DNA of 64,000 bases from Octopus sinensis (lineage: Eukaryota), in contig NC_043000.1 in NCBI RefSeq assembly GCF_006345805.1, positions 13,826,001 to 13,890,000 of the forward strand. The letters are read 5' to 3'. Within the stretch, counting starts at the first letter, position 1, and each line of letters starts with the position of its first letter. Of this stretch, positions 37,786 through 51,409 are shown piece after piece. The translations under genes and the position numbers were made by a program. The notes below the pieces were generated by a model. That model ran no database searches, was not told the origin of the DNA, and was given only the letters and a program-made list of their open reading frames with translations.

Positions 37786-39239
37786 CACTTATGTTCACTT
37801 AATATAAGCTTTTCATACAAGTTTTTCATTTTAAAAGCTCATTCTGAGCAAAACATACCACCAATTACTCTCAATGTAATCTATTATTCTCAGTGTCTAT
37901 CATTACCTTAAGGCTCGTAATAGAAAATGATTTCTAGTTCATCACTAGCACCTTGCTATCTCCCCTCTCTCATATAAATATTTGTGTAGGCTTGAAATAT
38001 CAATGACTTCCATTTTTCTGAGTTAATACACCTTGTTTGTTGTTCCCTCACCTGTGTTTTTGTTTTTGTACAATTTTGAATCATATAAACCATTTTTTTG
38101 CTAGTTTACACCCATTATTTTATGCTTGCATGAATGCAGTGATGTTTTGCTTGACCAACTTTTTTACAAGTGGTTGCTCTTTCTTCTTCTAACATACCAA
38201 CAATGAAATAGTGGGTGAAGTTTTAAGTCAGTGAAGCAAATTAGTTCGGGTAGAATTAGATGTCATACTTGGAGGTACACTGTGTTGACTTGTGTAAAAT
38301 TTGAACTTATTGGCACTTGGTAAGTAGTTCAGCACATAAAACATATAGAAGGATGGGTTGTATTCCATCTTATGTGACTCTACTCAGAACGCTGTTGTAT
38401 CATTTGATAGGAACACGGTTTAAAGAAATACATGGAACAAAGTGGTAACTTTGAATGTCTTTAATGCTAGCCATACGTATATATGCACAAGCTGAATGAT
38501 AAATGGAAGTGGTTGATGTACATTTATTCATATATCTACATGCATCTGTGTGGGTGGTATGTTTGCTGTTAACCTTGGTGAGGAAGCTCATGAACAGTGA
38601 TATGTTAGAACTAGTGCAGTGTTGTTGGTGCTGTGTTGAGATGTTGTTGATGACATTGGTGAGAGACATGATGGTGGTGACGAAGATGGAGGTCACTGCA
38701 ATGTGGTCAGTGGTTAGACCATAGAAGGTCTGGAACCAACAGACCCTGAGACTAGGAGGAGGTGAGTTTTTATAGTTAACGGTAGACTCAAATGGAGTTT
38801 AGAAGACTGTCTCACGTGATTTATTTGGAGGCTGCGATAGGTCAAATTGTATATTGGTGCATGATAGAGTAAGAGTCAAATTACACCAATACAAACTAAT
38901 CAGAGTGGTAGACACAATGGGGTTCAAAACAGCACCCAAAGATTAGCTGTTACCTGCTATGTTCATATGTATGTATATAGAATAGAGAAAGGAAGTTCAC
39001 TAGAGTTTGCTACAAAGTCATCTTCACCAATGCCTCTCTAGAATGTGCAGAAGGAAAAGTGTGAATTTGATATGAGTTGAAGTCTGAAGGTGAATTTTAT
39101 ATGTATTGAAGAATTTTGTTCTAAAATATTATTATTATTATTACTATTACTATTACTACTACTACTACTACTACTGTAACTCTTATTTTATCCTAACATT
39201 AATAAATTTAGTAAAATTTCAAAAGAATGCCCTATATCA

Positions 39240-39770
39240 CCTCAGTTCAACCAGTGCCTTGTGAGTCTGTTTCGTTGGTAGAAACTAAAAGAAACCTGTT
39301 TGTGTGTATGCATGTCTGTGTCTACAACTTAGCAGTTCAAGAAAAGAAACTAACAGAATAAGTATTATACTTAAAAAACAACTTTTGGGGTCAATTTGTT
39401 TGACTAAAACCCTTGAAGGCAGTGCCCAAGCATGGCCACAGTCCAGTGACTGAAACAAGCTAAAAGACGTTAGCATTTTACTGTAAATCTACTTTCAAAA
39501 TATTTTTCTTTCTGCATGCAATATAGAATTTCTAAAGTTGAATATTATTTTTCTTTATTATATTTTATTTTATTAACACAGCAAGCCAGTAGAATCCTTA
39601 GCAAGCCATATAAACTGCCTAACAGCATTTTATCCATCTTTACATTTTGAGTTCAAATTCCACTGAAGTCAACTTTTCCATTCCCTTTCAGGGATCCCTG
39701 AAATAAGTATCAGTTGAACACTGAGATCATTGTAGTTGACTTATTCCCTCCCTAAAAATTGCTGCTAAAA
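39240..39770 (+). mobile_element. Old SINE family A and B fragments
   Basis: Family A 3' part at 39240-39470; family B head and body at ~39575-39770. Confidence 0.65.
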
Positions 39771-40169
39771 ATAATTGTTTTTTTTTTTTCTTGTCATTTC
39801 TTTGCATCATACACTGCCTTTGAGCCAACACCATATTTTTCACACAAGGCTGTCATTGATGTATTTCTCTCTGTTTTTCTCAGTATTACTTCTTTCTGTA
39901 ACAGAGTTAATGTCAAATATTGATGTTTTGGCTTTGTTAGCACCACTTGTAATAATTGCTTATCCCCAGAGGAATATTTTGGTGTGAACTATCAGTTAAA
40001 AAGTTAATAGCTATTCCTATTTTTGCAGCATCAACCATTATAAATAAACTGTGGTGGATTTAAACAATACAAGAGACTAGTGGTACCACAGCTGTTGTGG
40101 TCAGGCAAAATAACGCCTTCAAGATTCATATCAACATCCCAAACCATCAAAACTGCCAGATTAGTGAAT

Positions 40170-40570
40170 TCTAAATGTGTGAGGTTCAGTCCTGTATAGA
40201 CAATCATGTTATTTTTCTGATGTTCGTCTATTTTTCCTTGTATGCATGGGTCAGACAAGATTTTGTGAGGCAGATTTTGTGGCCAGATACCCTTTCTGTC
40301 ACCAACCCTCACTTGTTTCCAAGCGAGGTAATATTTCCCCACATGTTCTCACAGAATTTTGGAAAGTGTTGACACTGTTTGCATGACAGTGACAATAATT
40401 TCACAGCTATCATGCAATGTCATGACAAGAACACACACACACATATGATGGGTTTCTTTCAGTTTCCATCTACTAAATCCACTTACAAAGCTTTGATTAT
40501 CTTGGAGCTATGTTATGGGGTTGAACCAAGAACTGGTTGGTTGGGAAGCTAACTTCTTACCACACAGCCA
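40170..40570 (-). mobile_element. LINE-tail-like repeat followed by SINE family A fragment
   Basis: Similar to 18270-18612. Confidence 0.6.
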
Positions 40571-41439
40571 CATTTGTACCTAATCTTTATGAAATTTGAT
40601 TTCTTCTTCTTTAATGATATTTCTCATATCTGTTGCTTATGTAATTATTGACAATATTATCAGATTATTTCCTTTCTCATACAATAAGAAAAGGTATGTT
40701 TATGAGTTATATAAGAATAAATAAAATTTTCATTCATCATTTTAACTGATTTCATTTGTGAAAATTTGAAATACAATATATTCAGAGTTATTATATCCAG
40801 TTCATGCTTCCAGAAAATGTTACATCACACAAAACAGATGTTTTCCTGAAATTTCTTTTTATGTATTGTCAAGGGGTGAAAGGAGCCATATATGTTCCAT
40901 TGTATAAAAATGCACGTAAGGAATTCATCCAATATTGTTGTTTTCACAACAATCCAATGAATTTATTAGTAATGTTGTATTAGGTTCTGTGTTCAATCCC
41001 CATCCAAATTGATTTTGCTTGCCATCCTTTTCAAGGTGAGGTGTCTATAAAATAACTGCCTGTTAAATAGTGAGATTGGTAAAATCAGTTACTCACAAAA
41101 TTTGTGGCCTTAGTTGGGCTGGGGAGGGGGGATAAATAATAGGCAATTTCTGTTTTCTTTCTAGATTCAAAGATGCTATGCTGCAGCTTGCTGGCTTTGG
41201 GTAGCAATCATGGTGGAGATGAGGTTGTGGGGAAAATTTCTACAAGTGATTTTGAGTCCAAAATATATACACTTGCCCCATTGCATTCTCAGGCCTTGCA
41301 TTTCTGAGTGACAAACATTACACATTAATGAACCCACTATTAATGATGCTAAATGATAGTTGAGACTTCTTTTTACAAGTGTTATTTTGATTGGTCCATT
41401 TGTTTTACTTTCATGAAGAGAAATCTATTTTCTCCACAT

Positions 41440-41710
41440 TACCAAAGGAAAATAAATGGAATAATCAACATAACACTTTCTAAGTCTATTAGGGATAATA
41501 CCTATCTCTGTTGGTATTATTATATATCTTCTTTAGTTTGCTAAATATTTGCAGTCTCATGTTTGAAAACTTCTTAATTCTTTACATTTCTTTCTCGTTT
41601 GTACAAATTCTAGAGTCTCCCAGGAATTGTAATATCAGTTATTTTCACATTATTTTGGATTTGTTGTTCACTATGATAATATTGGGTTTCCAACTATCTT
41701 TTTAGTGTCG
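41440..41710 (-). mobile_element. R4/Dong LINE REL-domain remnant
   Basis: Inverted homologue of 15420-15690; contains the IVNNKSK...PGDSRI-like motif. Confidence 0.55.
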
Positions 41711-42159
41711 CATACCAACCAATTTTAATGTCATTAAAAAATTAGTGTTTCTACTATTTATCTCATTTTAAATTTTCCTTACTCACATAGGTTGGATGGG
41801 TTGTCATGGTCTAATTCCTTTCTTTCTCTGTGTACTGGTAAGTTTATAAAGTATAATTACAGTAATAAGAGTAAATAAGATTCATTTATCAAACCTTTTA
41901 AACCTTTGAATAGAGATGAAAGCATATCTCAGAATGCATTTTTAAATGTGAGTTGCACAGCTTCCAAATTACAGGGACTAATTGAAATAAAAATTCAGCT
42001 TTGAGACATGAAATTGATATCCAGGAATTGATGTATTGTAAATAAATGTGGAAACATCATGATACCAACCTATTTGGGCAGGTGAAAGTGACATGACATT
42101 AGATAAAAAAAAACACATTCACAACAATCATTATAGTATCTCCTGTGAAGGCAGCAAGT

Positions 42160-42490
42160 AGATCAACAGTGTTGTCTCAACATTGGCTGGAATATACCTT
42201 GCAGTGTTTGTTCCTGTTCTCTAAGCAGTCAGTTCAAGTCCCACCAAGGTCAACTTTGCTTTTCATTCTTTGGGATTAAGAAAAATAAGGTGGCGAGCTG
42301 GTAGAAATGTTAGCATGCCGGGCAAAATGCTTAGCGGTATTTCGTCTGCCATTATGTTCTGAGTTCAAATTCTGCCGAGGTCGATAAATTAAGTACCAGG
42401 TACGCACTGGGGGTGACATAATCGACTTAATTCCTTTGTCCTTGTTTGTTCCCGCTGTTTAGCTCCCTGTGGGCAATAAAGAAATAAGAA
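42160..42490 (+). mobile_element. SINE family B copies (old partial plus younger deleted copy)
   Basis: TAAGGTGGCGAGCTGGTAGAAATGTTAGCATGCCGGGC... is colinear with 22781-23015. Confidence 0.8.
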
Positions 42491-45069
42491 AAAGAAGTAT
42501 CAATCTAAGATGGTGGATTGGCAAAACTGTTAAAGCATCAAATGTGATGGCTTGTAGTGTCTGTTTCAGTGCGTTGTGTTGTGGCAGTAATGCTTACAAT
42601 GGACACTGGTGCCAAGTTCTATCCAACCTAAAACTGTAGTCTAGGGATAACTACTAATGTTCTTATAAAAAACTTTGCCCAGACCAGCACATGCAGATGA
42701 ATGATCAACCCTGCTTAACCAAGATTTGTGTATGTGTTTATGTTTATGTATGTCTTTGTGCATGTGTAAAGGAAAAGAATTACAAATCCAACAGCTGTTT
42801 CTAGAGTCTCAGTAATCCACAATAATGTCTGTAGGGACTGTTGGATTTGTAGTTCTTTCTCTTCACCTCTTTAATTCATTATATCAGGTATAAAATTGTG
42901 TGTGTGTGAACATGTCTATATCACTCCAAATGTATATGTGCCTGTGTATATATAGAAATGTATATGTGGGTGTATATTTGTTATATGTGCATGTATATAC
43001 ACGTATGTATATGTGTGTGCATGTATATACTTGAGAGTGTGTGTGTGTGTGTGTGCATGTGTATACATGTGTGTGTTTGTGAATTACTAGTGTAGATCAA
43101 CAGCAAAGCGAAAACCATCACTTTACAAATGGAGTTTTTGAAAGTATTTGTTCTGTATCTAATTACAGACACTCCCTTGTGACTATCACCACCAGAAATG
43201 TAGAGAATTAGAAGTTGGCCCTTTGGAAATCTGTAACTAATGACTCTGTTATTTTCTCTATTGTAAAATAAATAAATAAATAAATAAATTATTTACTTCA
43301 GTTTTAGTATAGACGATAGAAAGAGACAGGTGCATCAGATGAGATGCAGCTAAAAGCAAGCACATTGTTGTGGCAATTGAAGAACTATAGGAAGGAGATA
43401 GCATGTCAAACAACTAGTAGTTGTAGCTGTTGGTGAGCAAGATAGTAGCTTGCTTTAGTAATGGATTTGAACAAAAACAACTCTTGCTTAATACTGAAAT
43501 GTTTGCTTCATTTGTTAGCTTCAGAATAATTAGAATAAAGATTAAAATATTTTACATCGTCTCACAGTTGAAGGAAAACAGCTGAAAATATTGTTATTAT
43601 CTCTCTGTAAGAATGGGTTTAAATGATGGTGATTTTTAAGGTGGGGAAGACTGAAGACAGCAGCAATACAACATAAGTATTGTTTATATTATATTATTAT
43701 CATCATCATCATCATCATCGTCATACATCCACTTTGCATCCAAGCATGGGTTCATCAATGAATTATCACATTTCTAGTTATTTCTTATTAGGAACCTCTG
43801 TTCTGTTAGACTAGTGCTCGTACATGTCATCTTGGCCTTATTTCTATGGCTGGATACCCTTCCTATAACCAAACTTTTTCTACACATCTTCCTTTTACAG
43901 AATATACTGGATGCATTTTCTTAGGGCACCAGCACTAGAAAGGTTGTGAAGTTCTCTGTGTGATAGGACTAAAGAATCTTTGCATGCATATGCTTTCTCT
44001 GTTCATTTGCCATCCATATACCTAGTGCATTTTTTTTTTGATGCCAGCACTAGAGAGACAGTTTATCCACCATGAGATAGGACTAATGAGACTGCTCAGT
44101 CATATTTTTCCTCTGCTCACTGATCATTCTACAAGGTGCATGGAAGAATGTAGCTTCCACCATGGCTCCAGCACAGTAGAAGTGCCTTGTACACTTTAAG
44201 TTTAGAGAGTACTTAGTATTCTAAGCCATGTATGGTAATGTGACTGAAGAAAGAAACAATTTAGAAAACGAAGACACAAAAGGCTAGAATGGACAGTTGA
44301 AAGAAGCAAGAATATGATGGCAGAGATAAAGTTATTAGGTTAGAGACAGAAGAGGAGTGATAGGCAATAGCAGAGACAAAGGCAAGTATAGGTAATGGGT
44401 AACAATAGAAATGGCTAAGAGGAGAGAGAGGGGTGGGATACAGAAAGGGTGAAGCTGGAGTATATTGGGTACAGGTGGTTTGATGCAGTGTCTTACACAT
44501 AGGCTTGTGAAGTGTAAGAGAGGTAGAATGATAAGAATGATGGAATGTGATAACTGATAAGGAATTGAATGCTTTTAGGCTTCATACCATTCGTTGTTAC
44601 ACAAACATCACTTTTTTGAACTCATCTTCAATAAAAAAAAAAAAAAAAGAAATTGGTGTTGTGTAATTTATATGTGAGGCCAGGAAGTCTTGTGCAAGAA
44701 ATTTCATCATAATTACAAGCAGCTATTATAATGAATGTTGAATCACATGATCACATATTGCCTATAATTGTAGCTACCATGAATAAAATAAATACTGTAT
44801 TTTACTCAGTAGAAAAATTAAATCAGAATGTGTTCCTCTGGGTCTGGTATTTTAAGCATTCCCATTGACACACTGCTAGTGTGATGCAATGAAGTATATT
44901 AGTAATGGGGTTGATGGTGATGAATTCAGCTCAGTTTCTGAAAGTAACTGGTATGGAAAAATAAAAAAAAAACCCAAAATAGTGAGTGAAAAATCAAGAG
45001 AGCAAACAAATTATTGGGGTTTGTACATCAGGTTGTAAATGCGATAGGTATGACAGAGTAAAACTTTAT

Positions 45070-45560
45070 CCCCATTACCAAGCATTGCTATAATGGTTGC
45101 TACTAATGTGAAGAGAAAACGTTTGTCATATATTGCTGTTTTCGACTTAATGTTGTGAAATTTCCATGGTAATAGAACTGCTGAGAGGGTGTTTTCTGCA
45201 TCAGAGATTGGAGAAAACAGAAAGAAGCTTTACTGGAAATGTCTTAAAATTTTTTAAGAAGGTACATAAAGGGAAGCAGTTTCTATATCCAGAAATGGAG
45301 AAAGAACTTTTTAGACTGGATTAGAAGATTAGTGGTTATATTGTAACTCTTGTAGAGATAAAATGGGAAACTGCCAAGTTATCTCCTAATCCATTGTTTA
45401 AAGCTTTATTTATGGTGAGACATGCACTCAGTCTGTGGTAGAAGCCAAGATATCTCAGAAATAACTGTCTTAGATCATAAGATATAATTATTTCAGGCTT
45501 CCATTTTGAAGTTAAGGAAGTAGCTATTTAGCAACAGTGATGTTGAAGAACCTGGTTTTT
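45070..45560 (+). mobile_element. pogo/Tigger-like transposase N-terminal remnant
   Basis: KRLSYIAVFDLMLxNFHGNRTAERVF...RDWRKQKEALLEM...YPEMEKEL resembles the Brinker/CENP-B-type DBD of pogo elements. A possible 3' piece (ISNGVDGDE) lies at ~44890-44930. Confidence 0.6.
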
Positions 45561-48289
45561 ATGACTTTGGATTTGATTTTAAGTTGTAATTAATAATCAT
45601 TTATTATTAATTGATAATTTCATAATTGTGCTTAACCTAAGAGATGTTCTTTGGTGACTTATTTGATTTGCTTTAATGATCTCTTTGATATATTTTACTG
45701 TCACATAATACGAATGTAGCAGCTATTTGATAACCAGGTTCATAATTTATTTTATTAATAAATGTGTTCAACATAGTGACTAATTTAACTCCACTAATAG
45801 CAAGAAACATTTAACTTGATTTGAAAAGCTCCATGAACCTCATTTTCCATGCAGATTTTCATTATGAAAGTTTTGTACTAAGTTTTCTATGTAATATTTA
45901 GAGTGCAATTTATGAGTAAATGCAGCTTTATTGTTTACAAAGTAATTTAGAAATTAACCAATATTTTTGCATCATAACGTATTTTAGGTTTTAGGACCTT
46001 ATTAGATGTTATTTTATTTGTTGCTTGAGAGAGAGTGTGTGTGTATGTGTGTTAGCTTTGCTATGCTTAATTCACAGTCAAAGGAAGAAAATTATTGATG
46101 GCATGGATTTAAATGATAGCAATTTTTAAGGATGGGAAATAGAAGACAGCAACACAAGATAAACAAGGTTGATCTCTCTCTTCATATATACAAACGCGCA
46201 TGCATGTGTGTTATATATATATATAACACATACTTTCACAGAAGTGAATTAAAACTTACCAATATGTTTGCATTTTAAATATATTGTTACTGGATGTAAT
46301 GTATCGTATTCTCTGAGTCTCTTTTATAATTAATATCTAACCTTGGTGGAATCCAATGAATATGAGATAATTTGCTAACCTGCTGTGAAAAATGATTAAT
46401 TGTTGTATTTTTAACAGCTTAACAACTTCCTCATGCAATGTTATTTTGTTGAACGCTGACTGTATGTAATACAGTTTGGTACACTGTGTAGTCAAAATAT
46501 GGTGAACACTGAACATACTGGATTTGTCTAGCGAACAGTTTCAGACTTTCATTTTAAAGTATCCTGTTTAGTACTGAATACATTAATTTATTTCTTAGAC
46601 ATACGAGATCTGAGATGTAGTTAGATGAATTGAAACTAGAGTATTACTGGTATTTGTTTGTTTATTTAACAACAGAAAAATCAAAGACAGCAGTTTTTCA
46701 TGTCAGAATAATGTTCTCTCACGATTCTTCCGTAAAGCTTCAGAATGGGAAATGAGATCATTTAATGTTGGTGCTTTCTCAAAGACATTAGTTTTGTAAG
46801 AAAAGTGTAATGAATGATATTATGACTTCACTGTTTGTTGGCAATTTGTTGCTATGTTATGCTTGAAATAACTGCAAACCTTTTTGAGCCACAACAGAGA
46901 TGTTGTTAAAGTAGTTTCAGTAATACAATATTAGTTTTAAACACAAGTAAAAGCTATACAGAGAATTATCTGCTCATCAGCAGGAATTTTAGCTGAATGA
47001 TTAATCTGTTATATTTGTAAGTATGATGACAGAATATTAGCAACTCACTAAGAAGATAATGTCTATTTGTAATAACAGGTTGAGTGCGGCAGAATATGAT
47101 TGCTTTTTTTTTTCCCACAGAACTGTGCAAACATAGTAAAAGCTTTATAAAAGTGACATCTTTTTTTGGATAAGATAAAAATTGACAGTGGCTTAAATTC
47201 AAGAGATATTTTTTGTTTGGCGAGAAGACCAATCTCCAGTTTTTATGGTTGTTCACTTTAGTGTTGGTTTTTTAATTTTGGTTGGTAGTTCATTCAGTTT
47301 GATTATTATTATTAATAGTAGTATCATCTTTTTCTACATTTTCAGTGTACTGATCAAGCCGATAGTGCACATAAACCCTTTGCAAAGACTATTACCTGCT
47401 GCAATTGTTTGCCAGAATTAGTAGATAATTCTTTATCCAGGTGATTTAATCAATGTTGAAGGTGAAGTTTGTGGTAGTGTAGAGACTGAAAAATCAATAT
47501 TAATGATTAAAGGATTATTTTGATCAAGCTATATAGTATACATGTTAGATGCGTTATGAAACATCAAATGAGTTGAATTAAACTGCAATAGAGTTTGTAA
47601 ATTTATTGGCTGGGGTATTATGGTCATATATTTCAAGTTAGTTGTAATCTGAGCAATGATGGAAATGAAAGAGTTGAGACACTTCCAAATATCATCAGGT
47701 TTTTCAAATACACAGTGTCTAACAATTTATACTAATCTCTCATTACCATAGTAAAACAGTAGAATCTCAGAAAACTGGCAATGGTCTGTGCCAGTAGTAA
47801 TGCAAAGAATTCAAACTGTGGGATAAATGTTACAATGTGAGGAAGAAGTCAAAAGTTTCAAGCAGAATTTTTCGATGGAAAGAGAGGAGGTATTTTTGTT
47901 TCACTGGAGTAATAGAGTGGAAAGTCATGAAAGTGAGAGAAAATTATTACAACAGTGAATAAAGGAGGAAGAGGGGAAAAGTTACAAATGTTAGTGAAAA
48001 GAGTCCGTCAAATTTCATCTTTGGAATTTTAACTTTACCATCTTTGACACTTCTGATACCTTCTTCAGTATCTGTTTCGTTTGATAGTTTCACCACCACT
48101 GACATGACATTTTCCCATCTCTGTTAATTATAGAACCACTGGCTGACACAAGAGCTGCAATCTTGTTCTTATAATTTCTTTGACTCCAATGAATTTGACA
48201 ATAAAGACTTGGATTTTTTTTTTAATATCTAACAGAATATCATATTTCTTCCTCGTTCCAAATAAGGTTATTCTGTATGGTTGATCTGT

Positions 48290-48825
48290 ACCACAGTCCA
48301 CCAAGACCAAGCCACCAACAGAGCCTATGCACGTTTTCTCCAAACACACTGAAGCATTTTTTCACAGTTTCCTTTTCTACTACTTTTCTCTCATCTGCTT
48401 TGTTTCTTCAAAAAACTCCCCTCTGCAATTTTTGTTTCCTTCCCTCTGACACCCAAACAGCTTCTATATTTCCTAATCATCCTCCCCTCATTTTCAAAAT
48501 TGACAAAATCTTACGTGACTTCATTAAAAGTTCCCTTCCAATGTCTTTAAATGTTCCCATTGTGTACGCTATGCTTGTCCCTTTAATTCCAAGAGTGCAC
48601 TCATAACTGGCCTCAAAGCCTAATGCACTTCTAGAATGTAAAGTGTAAATTCTGAAAGTATATAAAAGTCAGTGAAAACGGATACCATCTAGATAACAAT
48701 TTCTGCAAGTGTATCTTGCAACCTCTAAATCCTTAATTCTGTTCGTCCAGGCTACGTCTTCAAACATTGCGTGTATGTAAAAGCATGCATATATATATAT
48801 AAGAGAACAAAGTGTACGTATGCCG

Positions 48826-48863
<38 letters not shown>

Positions 48864-49030
48864 CATAAAATACAAAATGGGACAAGAACGCAAAACATCT
48901 GGACAACTAGGTGATACAAAAGGGACAACAAAACATCCAGATAGACGATACAAATTAAAACACGGACGGGTCATTCAAAGCCTTTTATCTTCATTCAAGG
49001 ACCGGATCATCCTCGCAATTTTAGTTGATT
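48290..49030 (+). mobile_element. Penelope-like remnant plus pLTR-like repeat
   Basis: FPNHPPLIFKIDKILRDFIKSSL resembles the PLE motif PPLxxFKRDKNLRDxLVxSxL upstream of GIY-YIG. An adjacent CpG-containing repeat split by (TA)n lies at 48690-49030. Confidence 0.5.
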
Positions 49031-50299
49031 AATATATATATAATAATAACATGAGGGAATATTATTCCAAACTTATTTTGCACATTACTCAATCATTGGT
49101 ATATGTTTTATCTTATATTTAATCTTTCTATAAGATGTAATTTTTCTAAATGGTATAATCTAATTTTTCATTATTGAACTGATAAAAGGTGTTTTTTTTC
49201 TAATTTATATATACATATATAAATGAGTTTAAAGGGATTTATTATCCTAGCAGTAAATGTGTTACCTCTCAAGTTGATTTCAGATGCCAGCTAACCACAA
49301 CAGTCCTTATGTGGTACCCAAGCTAGCAATAAGTTGCTAGGCTGTGGTAACTTTTCTTGCTGGGTAAATCTGAGGAAACGCTTAGATGTATAGATAAACA
49401 AACATAATTCACATCCACATATTTATGTATTTCCTGAGGCTTTCTCATATATATTTGTGTGCATACACATATATATGTGCACACACCTACAAATGCATGT
49501 GTGTGTGCATTATGCGGCGGGGCTGTTTGTGTGCACTTACATATGAGAAAGCCTTGGGAAATACATAAATGCGTGAATGTAAATTGTTTGTTTATATATA
49601 CATCAGTTTCCTTATATTTACATGTTTATGTATATATGTGTGAGTGTGTGTGTAAGGTGTTTTCTTGTATTTACCTCCTGTCTCTCAACATTTTTCAAAT
49701 CTGCTGGCATTCCTTACTTGACTGTTGGCTCCTTCCTCTCCAATAACAGCTACCTCTCTTTTCATCTATATTACACCCTCCACCTTTAGTTTTGGTTGTT
49801 ATAATTTTCTCTTTCCTTCTCACTACTTCCAATTTATTATTCCAGCAACACCAGTAAGCATAACATCGTTTTCCAATAAAAAATTATGCCCAAAACTTAG
49901 ATTTCTCTTCTTCACATCATACAATTTATTCCGCTGCTTGATCTCTTTACCTTAAGGCCACTCTAAAACATCTTTATATTTCCTGTCTCAGCGTTTGTTC
50001 ACCTATAATTAACATCCGTTTTCAGTGCATTCTAAATTTTATTAAAGAAACTATCTGTCTTTTAATGATGAATATTTAGCTTTTTACATTTACAATAAGG
50101 ATATTTTTGAGAACATTTGTATGCTTGCCATTTTCTTTTTAACCTTGAAACTATTTTAATTATATTTATCAGATTCCTATTGTATTTACCATATGATATT
50201 TTCAAAACTTTTAAATGAAGGCTTAGTATTTCATGGCCATAACAGGTGTTTTGAAAGGAAATGAAGGGTGCACAATTTTTATAAGTGATTCATCATTAG

Positions 50300-50522
50300 C
50301 TGTTATATTCATGAAAATACTGAATTAAAATCTTATATATATATATATAAATAATTTATGAAAATACTAAATTAAAATATCATATATATATATTTATAAT
50401 ATATTTATGAAAGTACTATATTAAAATAGTATGTATGTATATATATATATGCATCAAATGAAATAAAAAACAGAACACAAAGGATGTCGCAGTACACGTG
50501 TTTCAAGCTTTATAAAACAACC

Positions 50523-50605
<83 letters not shown>

Positions 50606-50684
50606 TTATGAAAATACTATATTAAAATATGCATATATTTATGAAAATACTATATTAAAATATGCATATATTTATGAAAATACT

Positions 50685-50750
<66 letters not shown>

Positions 50751-50775
50751 ATTTATGAAAATATTAAATTAAAAT

Positions 50776-50820
<45 letters not shown>

Positions 50821-50830
50821 CATACATGTG
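50300..50830. repeat. Compound satellite: ATTTATGAAAATACTATATTAAAAT units interleaved with (TA)n/(TG)n
   Basis: About 6-7 copies of the ~25-32-bp unit are visible. Confidence 0.9.
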
Positions 50831-51010
50831 ACTGCGTGTGTACCGTTGGCAATTTTTTTTTTCCTTTGTCTTCCCTTCTCTTATGTTTCCAACGAAGAGC
50901 TCCACTCGAAACATTAAACCCTCCTTCTTTCCTGAGCGTCCAATAATACTATATTTGTTCCACGTCCTCGCGTTGTTGTGTTTTTTTGTGCTTTCTTGTT
51001 TGGATTAACT
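50830..51010 (+). mobile_element. Short pLTR-like repeat with decayed hammerhead core
   Basis: CCAACGA-A-GAG-ctcca-CTC-GAAAC-ATT at ~50888-50915. This is the CUGANGA/stem II/GAAAC layout with a mutated first box. Confidence 0.4.
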
Positions 51011-51160
51011 TTATATACATACATACACACACACAATTATATAATATGTATTATTATATAGTATATATTATTATATAATATATATAGACATATTATAAAT
51101 GCTAATACTGAATAGTGAGAATGAGTGCTCAACACTGCACTGGTAGATAAATATTCTTTA

Positions 51161-51378
51161 TTTGTGGGTTAAGAAGACTACCAATGGTTTCATATTAAGA
51201 AGGATCACTTTACAGTTTTCTTTACAGTTTTCAAGCCTGCCACATGGGACTGTTGGTACTCATCTCCAATTTGGATCCAAAATGGGGATGAGTACCAATG
51301 TTCCTATGTGGCAGGCTTGAAAATTGTAATAAGACCCTTCTTAGCATGAAACCGTTGGTAGTCTTCTTAACCCACAAA
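51161..51378. mobile_element. MITE with ~45-bp TIRs
   Basis: TTTGTGGGTTAAGAAGACTACCAATGGTTTCATATTAAGAAGG and its inverted copy ending ...CTTCTTAACCCACAAA, flanked by TA. Confidence 0.75.
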
Positions 51379-51409
51379 TATATATGTATACAGATGCACC
51401 TGTGGCATA

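Noticed and set aside
41791-46795. Plus-strand exon candidates (41791-41837, 46676-46795; also ~8567-8712, 19876-20012, 31297-31478)
   Set aside because: Good splice signals but no homology and no coherent phase chain, and 31.3 kb is partly repeat-derived. Not distinguishable from chance without RNA data; a plus-strand gene is not excluded.
48690-48790. TTGAAGA...CGAAC on the minus strand as a hammerhead
   Set aside because: Both boxes imperfect and stem II only 2 bp.
50484-50831. 115-aa YI-rich ORF
   Set aside because: Translation of (TA)n and satellite repeats.
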